Part shown: positions 1 to 11,351 of the stretch, piece by piece | Layout of the letters: each line of letters starts with the position of its first letter | Numbering within the stretch: the first letter of the stretch is position 1 | NCBI GenBank assembly: GCA_951406725.2 | Contig: OX597837.1 | Location: 24,428,001 to 24,492,000, forward strand | Direction: 5' to 3' | Length of the DNA: 64,000 nucleotides | From: Octopus vulgaris | Lineage: Eukaryota | Notes under the pieces: generated by a model | Databases searched by the model: none | The model's input: only the letters and a program-made list of their open reading frames with translations | Told to the model about the DNA's origin: nothing | Translations under genes and position numbers: made by a program

Positions 1-126
1 CAGAGCCTCGTGGAGCTTTAGGTGTTTTCGCTCAATAAACACTCACAACGCCCGGTCTGGGAATCGAAACCGCGATCCTATGACCGCGAGTCCGCTGCCC
101 TAACCACTGGGCCATTGCCCCTCCAC
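1..126 (-). mobile_element. tRNA-derived SINE (family C) 5' part
   Basis: Reverse complement of the head seen at 6585 (tggagg..caatggcccagtggttagggcagcggactcgcgg...gtttcgattccc), with A/B-box-like motifs. Confidence 0.75.
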
Positions 127-264
127 TGATAAAATAAGTACTAGGCTTACAAATAACAAGTCCTGGGATCAATTTCTTTGACTAAAACCCTGTAAGGCAG
201 TGCTCCAGCATGGCCGTAATCAAATGACTGAAACCTGTAAAAGAGTAAAAGAGTATGTAATATA

Positions 265-970
265 CAGGGTGATTGAAAAGTAACTCCCTATTTTAAAATA
301 CTTATAATTTATTTATTAACTATAATTTTTAGAAAAAATGAATATGTAAAGAAAGTGTATAGCATGGAATTTTATTTAAAATTTGATATAGGCACCAGCA
401 TTCACCACCAGCTTCTGAAACTGCCTGGGAACCACATCAACTGATTTCATTAGGAAGTCTTGTGGAATGAAAGGCATAACTTCTCGTATTCCCCATTCAA
501 GTTCTTCCAAGGTCATTGGTTTGGTAGAGAAGACTCCCTCATTTAACCAACCCCAAAGAAAACAGTCGCAGGGTGTTAAATCAGGGCTTCTGTTTGGCCA
601 ATCATGCAGACCTCGACGACCCATCCATCTCCCACATCCCGTAGTCATGAGTTTTGCATGACAATTCTTGATTATCTTTGCATCAACTTGAGCATGTCTT
701 CCTCTAATGGTCCTCCACCATCTTTGCACTTGAACAACTGATCTCCAAACTTGATAATATGCAGCTAGCTGGGCATGCTCCTGCACAGTAAAACAGCCAG
801 CCATGTTTGTAGGGCTTCTAAATTTCAAACAAAATAATCTGAAAAAAAAACAACATGGAATCAATTCCCCTCCCTCTTTCTGGACATATACCATTATCTT
901 TCTGACATCTTCTGAGACATGTTCCTTTAAGTAGTCGTAGCAAATTTATAACCACAGTAAAATAGGAGAA
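265..970 (-). mobile_element. Internally deleted Tc1/mariner-superfamily transposon
   Basis: TA|CAGGGTG terminus at 263-271 and a partial second TIR near 959-970. ORF 376-894 joins an N-terminal HTH-like segment directly to the DDE C-terminal motif DWPNRSPDLTPCDCFLWGWL; the catalytic middle is missing. Confidence 0.8.
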
Positions 971-1087
971 GAGAAGAGCGGCTGACATTAATTAATTTAT
1001 CACTAGCAGCTGGAACTTAATTGTCAATTCCCAGTGGTTTTAAAATGGGTATATGGGTATATATATATATATAATACATACATGATG

Positions 1088-1130
<43 letters not shown>

Positions 1131-1329
1131 TCTTTTACTTGTTTCAGTCATTTGACTGTGGCAATGATGGAGCACCATCTTTAGTCGAGCAAATCAACCC
1201 CAGGACTTATTCTTTGTAAGCCTAGTACTTATTCTATCGGTCTCTTTTGCCGAACTGCTAAGTTACAGGGACATAAACACACCAGCATCGGTTGTCAAGC
1301 ATACTTGTTACTTATTTACTTTTTATTCA

Positions 1330-1720
1330 CCTTACTTCAAGCTGTGTGGATAATACTGAACTGACTTGGTGCTTCAACTTAAGTACCTACTTCAACTCCA
1401 CCTGTCTAACACCCGTAGACATGTTTACAAAGTCAGAAAACAGCACAGCTCCCATGACTTTCAGAAACATTTTTTTCACACTAAGAGTTGCTGAAATATG
1501 GAACAAACTGCCGGCATCAGTTGTTAGTTGTCGGAGCACTGCATCCTTCAAAACTTCCATGGTTCCTGAGATTCACCAACACTACACCTGATTTCCTCCC
1601 CTCCATACACACGCAAGCATGTGTCGGACTCATACATTGTTCACTTTAGTACATTAATACATTACTGCATATGCTTTATATGCACCTGAGTACTGTATAC
1701 AATAATTTCATTATTATTAT
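1330..1720 (+). mobile_element. CR1/L2-type LINE 3' end fragment
   Basis: Encodes FRNIFFTLRVAEIWNKLPASVVSCRSTASFK, a typical CR1-group ORF2 C-terminus, and ends in a short (TTA)n tail. A related - strand fragment is at about 51938-52089. Confidence 0.75.
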
Positions 1721-1790
1721 GTGACCGCGTGTGTACCGTTGGCGATTTTTTTTCTCTGTCTTCCCTTCTTTGGATCTTTCCTTTTCCTGT

Positions 1791-1825
1791 GTTTCTGATG
1801 AAGAGCTCTGCTCGAAACGTTAAAC
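1791..1825 (+). ncRNA. Minimal type I hammerhead ribozyme motif in a ~190-bp element (about 1722-1913)
   Basis: gttt CTGATGA a GAGC tct GCTC GAAAC GTT aaac: core boxes, 4-bp stem II, 4-bp stem I and palindromic AACGTT in place of stem III. Confidence 0.7.
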
Positions 1826-1909
1826 CCTCCTTCTTTCCTTCTTTCCTGAGCGTTCAATAATATTATATTCATTCCACGTCCTCGCGTTGTTGTGTTTTCA
1901 TGTTTGGAT

Positions 1910-1969
<60 letters not shown>

Positions 1970-1972
<3 letters not shown>

Positions 1973-3283
1973 AAGTTGGTGTGTGAAAGCACGTGGTTGA
2001 ATATATAGAAAATAGTAAAGAGTGAAAAAACTACAGAAGGCTTGTTTTAAAAGGTTAAAAAATATATATTTGAGTCATTATGTCTGAAGAATGTTATAAA
2101 TTTTTTTCATACAATGACAGTTTTTGAAGAAAGACCGGTTTCGCGTTCAGCTTTTCAAATTTCTTACATCGTTATGTTTACGTTGAGAAGTGTGAAGGAG
2201 AGTGAAAGAGAGTTCCAGATAAGGAGAGGTAATAAGTGATTTCTTCCAGTGTAAGGGAGATAATCGCTTAATATTTCTTGCCTTTCTTTTGGAGTGAGTT
2301 TCTCTGTATAAGAATGTTGGAATGGTTAAGTTTGGGCTTGTATTTTTCAATGAAGAATGTTTCCTTGTTTAGTCTAATTTGTGTTGGTGTTCCGATAGCA
2401 CATTGGTAAAATGGAAAGATTAAAAATTGTGGTAGTAGTTGCTTTGCGCATTTCTCAATGTGCTCACTAAAAGGTATCATTCTGTATTCTGGGAATGCAA
2501 TCTGTTGTCGATGCAGTGTGCATCTACGTCTGAGTGATAGTCCCGTGGACCCACGTAGTTTTGGTGGCAGCCCGAGCATTTTATGACATAAATTATGTTT
2601 TCAGAGGCACAAGTAAAATTAGATTTGATCTTGAATTTCTGTCCCTCTTTGAAGAGGAATTCTGATCCTTCTAGCAGGTGCCTTTGTGAGAATCTTTTTA
2701 AGTGATTTAGGTTGTTTGTAGCTTTTAATGATTTGGTGTGTGTTTAGAATTTCCTTTAATTTGGGGTCCTTATGAAATATTGGTAAATTCTGGGTGATGA
2801 TGGTGAAAGCTTCTTTGTTTCTGAGGTTGTATGTGGATATGTAAGGTAGTATTTTCAGGGAAGGTGTGTTGTGTTGAACTTTTCTCAAAGTTTCTATGTT
2901 GATTTCTGTTGCACGTCTGATCCCATCCTCTATGAGTTGAGCTGGGTAATGTCTGTCAATTAGGGTGTTTTTGAGTTCTTGCAGTCTAAAGTTCCTGGTA
3001 TTTTGTTCTGACACTATTGTGCATATCCTTCTTGCAAGGTTGAAGGGGATGTTTGTTTTAGTGTGTCTTGGGTGGCATGAATCAAAAAGTAGGTATTGTT
3101 TGGCGTCTGTGGCTTTGTAAGAAATTTGAAAAGCTGAACGCGAAACCGGTCTTTCTTCAAAAACTGTCATTGTATGAAAAAAATTTATAACATTCTTCAG
3201 ACATAATGACTCAAATATATATTTTTTAACCTTCTAAAACAAGCCTTCTGTAGTTTTTTCACTTTTTACTATTTTCTATATAT
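1970..3283 (-). mobile_element. 5'-truncated Penelope-like retroelement with inverted pseudo-LTRs
   Basis: Near-perfect inverted repeats 2001-2168 / 3116-3283 flanked by (TA)n. Between them lie the RT C-terminus (YKATDAKQYLLFDSCHPRHTK) and a GIY-YIG endonuclease remnant (IYVIKCSGCHQNYVGSTG...ETFFIEKYKPKLN). Confidence 0.88.
2268..3115 (-). pseudogene. PLE RT C-terminus plus GIY-YIG endonuclease, frameshifted
   Basis: Homologous motifs are split over ORFs 2619-3170 and 2268-2579. Confidence 0.8.
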
Positions 3284-3493
3284 ATATATATATATATATA
3301 TGTGCACATGTGTGCTATTTAAAACCTGTTCACTGTATTTGGCTATCTGATGTCATCAACAGAATGGATTTAAATGCCACTTGATTTACTTCATATTCCT
3401 TTGTGTCTGTAGAATTTATAAAATATGAGAAAGAAAATGAAATTCACAAGATTCTTTATTAATCACTTGTTCTTTTTTTTTCCTTTAACTCAG

Positions 3494-3589
3494 GTTTCTC
3501 ATTTATGTGAGTATCTACCAAAATGTATTGCAATTGAAATAAGCGAAACAGAGATTAAAGAACAAAGTACATTTCGACAAGTCACCTGA
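3494..3589 (+). CDS. Candidate terminal coding exon of an upstream gene (VSHLCEYLPKCIAIEISETEIKEQSTFRQVT*)
   Basis: Strong polypyrimidine tract plus CAG acceptor at 3491-3493, non-repetitive sequence, open frame to TGA, and AATAAA downstream. The L..YLP.C..IE ending resembles LRR protein C-termini. Confidence 0.45.
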   Translation, partial: VSHLCEYLPKCIAIEISETEIKEQSTFRQVT

Positions 3590-3688
3590 CAAAACACATT
3601 TTGACCATTGATGCACCACAACTGTTTGAGCAGCATCTCACCAAAAAGACACCAACGTTCAATGGCTTGAAATGACCATAGTAATTAA

Positions 3689-3998
3689 CCCCTTACCCAA
3701 CAATTATTTTGAAAATAAATGTATTTTTTCAGACATATTTTTTAATTGTTTTATTTTACTATGTTTTGAATGGTGATTTCGAGGTATATTTCAAACCTTT
3801 TTTATTATGAATTTTAATTCAATAATATTGATTTTAAATTACCACTTTGGGCAGAAACGAGTTAACCCGTTTTTAGACGAAGGAACTTGTTTGCTGTCGA
3901 TTTTGGCGAGTCTATCTTTTGACGAGTTAACTCGCCAGAGATGGAAAAAAAAACAATTTCGGTCAAAACGCATATATTCGTTTCTGCCGGGTAAGGGG
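3689..3998. mobile_element. piggyBac-type MITE
   Basis: TTAA|CCCCTTACCC ... GGGTAAGGGG|TTAA. Confidence 0.75.
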
Positions 3999-4526
3999 TT
4001 AATAAAGAATTTCGTAAACTCCATTAGTTTTCCTCTTTCTCTCATGTTTTATATGCATGTGTGTATGTGTGTGTGAGTGTGTGTGTGTGTGTGTGTGCAT
4101 GTGTGTGTGTGTGTGCATGTGTGTGTGTGTGCATACATATGTCTGTGCTCATACATGTACATGTGTCTGTTGTACATATGTGTGCATATGTCTGTATGTC
4201 GATATTACTGGTTAGTATTAATATGATTAATTTTTTTTAAATTCCAGTCATTTAGATGTTGAACAGTCAAGCCATTCCAGTGAGAGAGCAGTCATCTACA
4301 TGTTATCAAAGGTCCCTTATTGCTTTCTCTCATGTGCCTTACATAGACAAGCCTTTCCTTAAAATCCTTGCTGTACCAAGACCTGTAACCTTGCATTAAT
4401 TCTGATGTATATTTTTAGAATGACATTGTAGGGTAGGTGTAAGAGACCAAATCTGGCCAGTCTGAACACAATACAGGGAGAATGTTTTGGCCAGATATAG
4501 CCAGTTTAAATGTCAAGGGGTTAATA

Positions 4527-5124
4527 CATTTCTTTACTGCCCACAAGGGGCTAAACATAGAGGGGACAAACAAGGACAGACACACGGATTAAGTCGATTA
4601 CATCGACCCGGTGCGTAACTGGTACTTTATTTATCGACCCCGAAAAGATGAAAGGCAAAGTTGACCTCAGCGGAATTTGAACTCAGAATGTAACAACAGA
4701 CGAAATACCTATTTTTTATTACCCACAAGGGGCTAAAGACAGAGGGGACAAACAAGGACAGACATAGGTATTAAGTCGATTACATCGACCCCAGTGCGTA
4801 ACTGGTACTTAATTTATCGACCCCGAAAGGATGAAAGGCAAAGTCGACCTCGGGAATTTGAACTCAGAACGTAACAACAGACGAAATACCTATTTCTTTA
4901 TTACTGCCACAAGGGGCTAAAGACAGAGGGGACAAACAAGGACAGACATAGGTATTAAGTCGATTACATCGACTCCAGTGCGTAACTGGTACTTAATTTA
5001 TCAACCCCGAAAGGATGAAAGGCAAAGTCGACCTCGGCGGAATTTGAACTCAGAACGTAACGACAGACGAAATACCGCTACGCATTTCGCCTGGCGCGCT
5101 AACGTTTCTGCCAGCTCACCGCCT
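4527..5124 (-). mobile_element. SINE family B, about 3 tandem ~183-bp units
   Basis: tRNA-like head (gagttcaaattcc B box on the - strand) and a repeated body. TSD tcaaggggttaata at 4513-4526 and 5125-5138. Confidence 0.8.
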
Positions 5125-5180
5125 TCAAGGGGTTAATATATCATTCATTTGAGCTGCAATTCATTCATATAAAGATGTCA

Positions 5181-5786
5181 TAAAAAGGCGGCGAGCTGGC
5201 AGAAACGTTAGCACGCCGGGCGAAATGCGTAGCCGTATTTCGTCTGCCGTTACGTCCTGAGTTCAAATTCCGCCGAGGTCGACTTTGCCTGTCGTCCTTT
5301 CGGGGTCGATTAAATAAGTACCAGTTACCCACTGGGGTCGATGTAATCGACTTAATCCGTTTGTCTGTCCTTGTTTGTCCCCTCTGTGTTTAGCCCCTTG
5401 TGGGTAATAAAGAAATAGGTATTTCGTCTGTTGTTACGTTCTGAGTTCAAATTCCCGCCGAGGTCGACTTTGCCTTTCATCCTTTCGGGGTCGATTAAAT
5501 AAGTACCAGTTACCCACTGGGGTCGATGTAATCGACTTAATCCGTTTGTCTGTCCTTGTTTGTCCCCTCTGTGTTTAGCCCCTTGTGGGTAATAAAGAAA
5601 TAGGTATTTCGTCTGTTGTTACGTTCTGAGTTCAAATTCCGCCGAGGTCGACTTTGCCTTTCATCCTTTCGGGGTCGATTAAATAAGTACCAGTTACCCA
5701 CTGCGGTCAATGTAATCGACTTAATCCGTTTGTCTGTCCTTGTTTGTCCCCTCTGTGTTTAGCCCCTTGTGGGTAGTAAAGAAATA
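5181..5786 (+). mobile_element. SINE family B, about 3 tandem units
   Basis: Same family in the opposite orientation. TSD atataaagatgtca at 5167-5180 and 5787-5800. Confidence 0.8.
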
Positions 5787-5997
5787 ATATAAAGATGTCA
5801 GCTTTATATCACATCTGTTTTATTGTCTCAATCCCTTCAGCCAGTCAGCATTTTTATTATGCTGTGTCTCATTATCCTGGATGTTTGACCAAAATCTTTT
5901 GCTTTCTTCTGCACCGAGTGTTAATCTTTCTTTCTTTTACCCTCAAGGTTTTGGTACTTTTTTTTCTGATTGTACTGGAACATTCTATTGATTCTGT

Positions 5998-6488
5998 AAT
6001 GACATGCATAAGATCTGGTCATCAAATCTAAGTAGAGACTTCAAACTTGAAATATTCAAAGCCACAGTCAAATCAATTCTACTATAGGGCTCAGAAACCT
6101 GGACGTTACCAAAAAAAACCTTGAGAGGCGGTTGGATGGAACCTACACTCGCCTCCTTATGAGGGCTCAAAATCTCTCATGGAAGCGCCATCCAACCAAA
6201 ATGCAAATATATGGGAAATTACCACCTGTGTCATCTCTTGTGAAAGGTAGGAGAGTCCAGTTTGCTGGACATTGTTGTAGAGCTGAAAAAGAAGTAATTT
6301 CTACTCTTCTCCTCTGGAAGCCATCTACTCGCAATACCAGAGGGCGCACACTCTCCTACCCTGATGTAATCTCCAGGGATACAGGCATCCAGCAACAGGA
6401 CCTCCGTAATGCTATGATGGACCGTGAAGTCTGGCGTAACATAGTAAATTCCATTGTCTCGACCACGGTCGAACAATGATGATGATGG
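5998..6488 (+). mobile_element. 5'-truncated RTE-type LINE
   Basis: Encodes GSETWTL...LDGTYTRLLMRAQNLSW...RVQFAGHC, has a (GAT)n tail, and TSD ttgattctgt at 5988-5997 / 6489-6498. Confidence 0.85.
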
Positions 6489-6584
6489 TTGATTCTGTTT
6501 TGTTATGTTCTTTGTTTAAATCTTTACAGCTTGGACACCTTGGCCTTCATCTTTTGCTTCAATTCCTCAATAATGACATTTATG

Positions 6585-6968
6585 TGGAGGTGCAATGGCC
6601 CAGTGGTTAGGGCAGTGGACTCGCGGTCATAGGATCGCGGTTTCGATTCCCAGACCAGGCGTTGTGAGTGTTTATTGAGCGAAAACACCTAAAGCTCCAC
6701 GAGGCTCTGGCAGGGGATGGTGGTGATCCCTGCTGTACTCTTTCACCACAACTTTCTCTCACTCTTACTTCCTGTTTCTGTTGTACCTGTATTTCAAGGG
6801 GCCAGCCTTGTCACTCTCTGTGTCATGCTGAATATCCCTGAGAACTACGTTAAGGGTACACGTGTCTGTGGAGAGCTCAGCCACTTACACGTTAATTTCA
6901 CGAGCAGGCTGTTCCGTTGATTCGAATCAACCGGAACCCTCGTCGTCATAACCGATGGAGTGCTTCCA
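6585..6968 (+). mobile_element. tRNA-derived SINE family C
   Basis: A box tggcccagtggttagg and B box gtttcgattccc. atgacattta is duplicated on both flanks. Confidence 0.75.
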
Positions 6969-7077
6969 AAATGACATTTATACCTTTCTTCAGTATATTA
7001 TTCTTCTCTATTTCAATATAATCATGCTTCTTTTTTATTTCCCCTCTTTTTTTTATTTACATTCCTAAATGTTAATC

Positions 7078-7498
7078 CTCATCATCGTTTAGCGTCCGCT
7101 TTCCATGCTATCATGGGTTGGACGGTTCAACTGAGGTCTGGGAAGCCAGAAGGCTGCGCCAGGCCCAGTCTGATCTGGCAATGTTTCTACAGCTGGATGC
7201 CCTTCCTAACGCCAACCACACCATGAGTGTAGTGGGTGCATTTTACGTGCCAGACGAGGCTGGCAAACAGCCACGATCGGATGGTGCTTTTTACATGCCA
7301 CCAGCACGGAGGCCAGTCGGGGCAGCACTGGCAACGGCCACGTTCGGATGGTTCTCTTATGTGCCACCGGCACTGGTATCACAGCTACAATTTCCATTGA
7401 TGTTGATCGATTTCGATTTTGATTTTCACTTGCCTCAACAGGTCTTCACAAGTAGAGTTTTGTGTCCCAAGAAGGAAAGGTATGCATAAGTGGACTGG
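7078..7498 (-). mobile_element. RTE LINE 3' UTR fragment (family D)
   Basis: (CAT)n tail complement followed by the conserved body. Longer copies (20428-21440) run into an RTE ORF C-terminus. Confidence 0.75.
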
Positions 7499-7736
7499 CC
7501 AGTCCACTTATGCATACTTATGCATATGCTTTCTTATTATTATATTTAATAATGATTAATGGTCTGTCAGATCGGGGCTGACCTGCGGCCTAACAACAAG
7601 ATGAACTACAAAAACAACGACAAAATGAACAATAACAACTAAGAAACCAGTTTGATAAAGGCTTAAAGTCAGATGGAAAAATAAAAATAAAATAATTGTA
7701 TAAACTATCTCTTTGATTCACACATTATTATTGTTG

Positions 7737-7816
<80 letters not shown>

Positions 7817-8110
7817 TTGTTGAAAATTCTCATCTTATTTTGCAGGGTATGATAGAAAATGCCAGCTGCTCACATCCAGCAGACTAATGTGGCACTTGTT
7901 CACTGATCTTGCTTTAGGAACCCCATGGAGAACTCATGCAGTCCCAAGCAATGATGTTTTTTATAGGTGTTCCATTTTTACATTTGTACCAATCTTTTTG
8001 ATCCATGCTGGTTGCTGAATGTCGATATTTCCAAGTGCACCAATTACTATTTGTATCACGTCTACTCTCCTCATTGACCACAACCTTCATATTTCCCACT
8101 TCAATTTGTC
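7817..8110 (-). mobile_element. RLE non-LTR element 3' fragment next to (TAA)n
   Basis: VIGALGN-like motif on the - strand; abuts (att)n at 7741-7815. Confidence 0.55.
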
Positions 8111-8116
8111 ATAGTT

Positions 8117-8334
8117 ACTCTTTACTCTTTTACTCTTTTACTTGTTTCAGTCATTTGACTGCGGCCATGCTGGAGCACCGCCTTTAGTCAAGCAAATCGA
8201 CCCCAGGACTTATTCTTTGTAAGCCTAGTACTTTTTCTATCGGTCTGTTTTGCCGAACCGCTAAGTTACAGGGACGTAAACACACCAGCATCAGTTGTCA
8301 AGCGATGTTGGGGGGGACAAACACAGACACACAA

Positions 8335-8393
<59 letters not shown>

Positions 8394-8567
8394 ACACACA
8401 CACATACATATATACATATATACGATGGGCTTCTTTCAGTTTCCGTTTACCAAATCCACTCACAAAGCCTTGGTCGGCCCGAGGCTAGGTGCCACGCAGT
8501 GGGACTGAACCCGGAACCATGTGGTTGGTAATCAAGCTACTTACCACACAGCCACTCCTGCGCCTAT
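8117..8567 (-). mobile_element. SINE family A with internal (CA)n/(TA)n
   Basis: Head aggcgcaggagtggctgtgtggtaag...ggttcagtccc and tail aaacaagtaaaagagtaaaagag; many copies in the window. Confidence 0.8.
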
Positions 8568-8955
8568 AGTTGTTCACTTTTTCTTTTTCTTTTTCTTCAA
8601 TCCTGTTGACCTGTTGCCAATTATCATGCAGGGTTTTTCTTTTCACCACAACAATGTCAAATTTCCAATGTCTGAGCCGGTGATCACAAGGAATCATTGC
8701 ATCCCACAGGATTTTGCAATCTTCATTCTCAGTAAATCACCCTGGATTTGGTCATACCATGCCTTTGATCTTTCTAGGCCATAATTTCCAAAGAGCCACC
8801 TTATCATACTGTCTTGCCACAAGGTCAAACAACTGACAAGCAAATCTGTGGTATTGAGCAGAATATTTGCTGTAGCCCATCTTTTATACCAAGACGAAAC
8901 AATGTACATGATAACACTTCCAATCAGTTAAGATCAGAAGTTATGCATCAGGTCA

Positions 8956-9012
<57 letters not shown>

Positions 9013-9020
9013 TATTATTA

Positions 9021-10550
9021 CTTTTTTTATCTTCTTTCAAATTTGCTTCCATTTCTTGCCGAGTGTCTTCCCGACTCCTAGGGCAAAGAAACTCATAGTA
9101 TACATTGGTAGGCCATTAAACCAAACTCAATAGTTCGTTCATTTTTTTTTTTTTTTTTTTTAAGTTAAATTAAAATACATGAGCAGCAACAATTCTCACA
9201 TCGACAATGCTCTTCTCAATACATGTGATGTACCAGTTAAGACAATCTTTTGAACTTCTTGCAGGGATGGTAAGCCAGGGATCATTCTCATATAATTTTC
9301 GGTTCCCTTCTTGATCATTCCTAGTGCTCCTACGATCACTGGTATTGTAACCGCCTTGAGATGCCACATTTTCTCAATTTCAATGAGTAGGTCTTTATAT
9401 TTTCTGAGCTTGTCAAACTCTTTCGCTGAGATATTATGATCACAGGGGATGCTCATGTCGATCAATAAGCAAACTTTATTGTTTTGGTCTTTCACAACAA
9501 TATCTGGTTTATTGGCCTTGATGGTTCGGTCTGTATGTACTGGAAAGTCCCACAGAATGGTTACATTTTCTCCTTCAGTTACAGCCTCATGGTGGTGATT
9601 ATACCACTTGTCGGCAGTTTTGATATTGTAATGCCGACTTATTAGCCAGTGTAGATATTGGCCAACTCTGTCATGTCTTAATTTATACTCCACTGGTGCT
9701 AAGACTTTACATCCAGAGATTAGATGGTCCACTGTTTCAATCATGTCGTTGCAGAATCGGCATTTTGGGTCTGCTCCATTTTTCATCACATTGGCCTGGT
9801 AGTTCCGGGTTAATAGGCTTTGATCTTGAGCAGCCAGGATGAAACCTTCGCTCTCTGCTTTTAGCCCTGAGCTCCGTAGCCACTGATGGCTTTGCTTCTG
9901 GTCAACATCAGCTTGTTTGCTACGGGTCACATATTTGCCGTGCAGAGGTTTCTCCTCCCACCTATCAGCCAATTGCTCGTGCGCTTTTTTCGTTGCCATC
10001 ATTTTCACCTTCTTTGCAACAATAGTTGCCGTACTTCCCTCGGGTTGTTCAGTTTGGGTATCCTGCACGAGATCAATAGCAAATTTTTTGCTTTCCTTTA
10101 TGATAGAATGAAGCTTCTTTCGTCTCTCGTGATTTTCCACGAGCTTTAGCATCCAGTCATTCGATATTTCGAGATATTTAGCCAGTCCAATTGTGGTTGT
10201 TTTGTAAGCTAGTTCAAATTGGATCAGGCTTCGACCTCCTTGGGCTCTGGGAAGGTAAAGGCGATCTACATCTGCCTTTGGGTGGTGCATCCTATTACAA
10301 CTCAGCAGCTTGCGTATTTTCCTATCTATATTCTTTACTTCACTCATATTCCAGTTCAACACATTGTAGCTATAAGTAACAACTGGAACTGCTAAGGAAT
10401 TTATAGCTAACACCTTGTTACGTGCATTTAGTTCATATTTCAGGACTGCACGAACTCTCCTATAACATTCCTTCCTGATCTTCTCTTTCATGCTTGCATG
10501 CTGAATACCAGAGCCTTCATTTATCCCTAAATATTTGTATGTTTGTTCTT
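9021..10550 (-). mobile_element. 5'-truncated R4/Dong-like non-LTR retrotransposon inserted in (TAA)n
   Basis: Flanked by (att)n at 8957-9020 and 10551-10608; intact partial ORF. Confidence 0.88.

Positions 10551-10551
<1 letters not shown>
9196..10551 (-). CDS. Partial ORF: RT C-terminus, CCHC zinc knuckle, restriction-like endonuclease
   Basis: YKYLG, LYLPRAQGGRSL, CRFCNDMIETVDHLISGC, RHD, KPDIV...LIDMSIP, K.RKY, PVIVGALG. The poly-I N-terminus in the ORF track is microsatellite. Confidence 0.85.
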
Positions 10552-10596
<45 letters not shown>

Positions 10597-10614
10597 CATT
10601 ATTATTATTGTCAC

Positions 10615-10930
10615 ACAATATACAATATTGTGAGATTGTTGAAGATATTGAAGATATTGTGGCTACCGGGTGTTTGTACTGTTTGTCAAGTCACAACAAG
10701 GACCTCAGACAGACAGTCCTTTGTGCAATATGCGTACCATTCCAAGTAATGCTGACTTTTGCAATACATCTAAATTGTAGGGTATTTCTAAGATTTTCAG
10801 ATGTCTTTTTCCAGATTGTCTGTCTACTTTCTTCTCTTTCTTTCCAACCAGTTCACCTACTAAAATTGAAGCAAATCTGAACAAGTCCCTTGTTTCTGTT
10901 AGATCATTTGTCAGAATGTATTTCAAAATA
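10615..10930 (-). mobile_element. Older RLE element 3' fragment
   Basis: Encodes LQKSALLGMVRILHKGLSV*, homologous to the end of the 9196 ORF (VQKIVLTGTSHVLRRALSM). Confidence 0.6.
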
Positions 10931-11214
10931 TTGATATTGTTCTTGTTACCATTATTGTTGTTGTTGTTGTTATTATCATCATCATCATCGTCATCATCAT
11001 TATTTCCAAAGCACCACTTATGTGTTCAAGGTCATATACTATCAATTCCATTCACTACTAAAACACTTACCTGCACCTAACATTGCCTTCCTATCCCATC
11101 CTCTAAAATTCTCTCCTTTTCTTTACATTTTGTAAGCAAACATACAGATACAACTATCCCATTTCCTTTCACTATTTATTTATACTTCTCCTTATATATG
11201 TATGTATGTATGTA

Positions 11215-11259
<45 letters not shown>

Positions 11260-11351
11260 GGAGAGATATATTTCGAAAAAACAAAAGACGAAGACAGGTG
11301 GTGTACAAAACAAATAGATGTATTAGTATAACGCTCAGGAATAGAAAAAGT

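Noticed and set aside
6585-6660. tRNA gene
   Set aside because: The tRNA-like head continues into a multi-copy SINE body.
11065-11200. Minus-strand exon suggested by CAG|GTAAGT
   Set aside because: Stops in all frames and no polypyrimidine acceptor.
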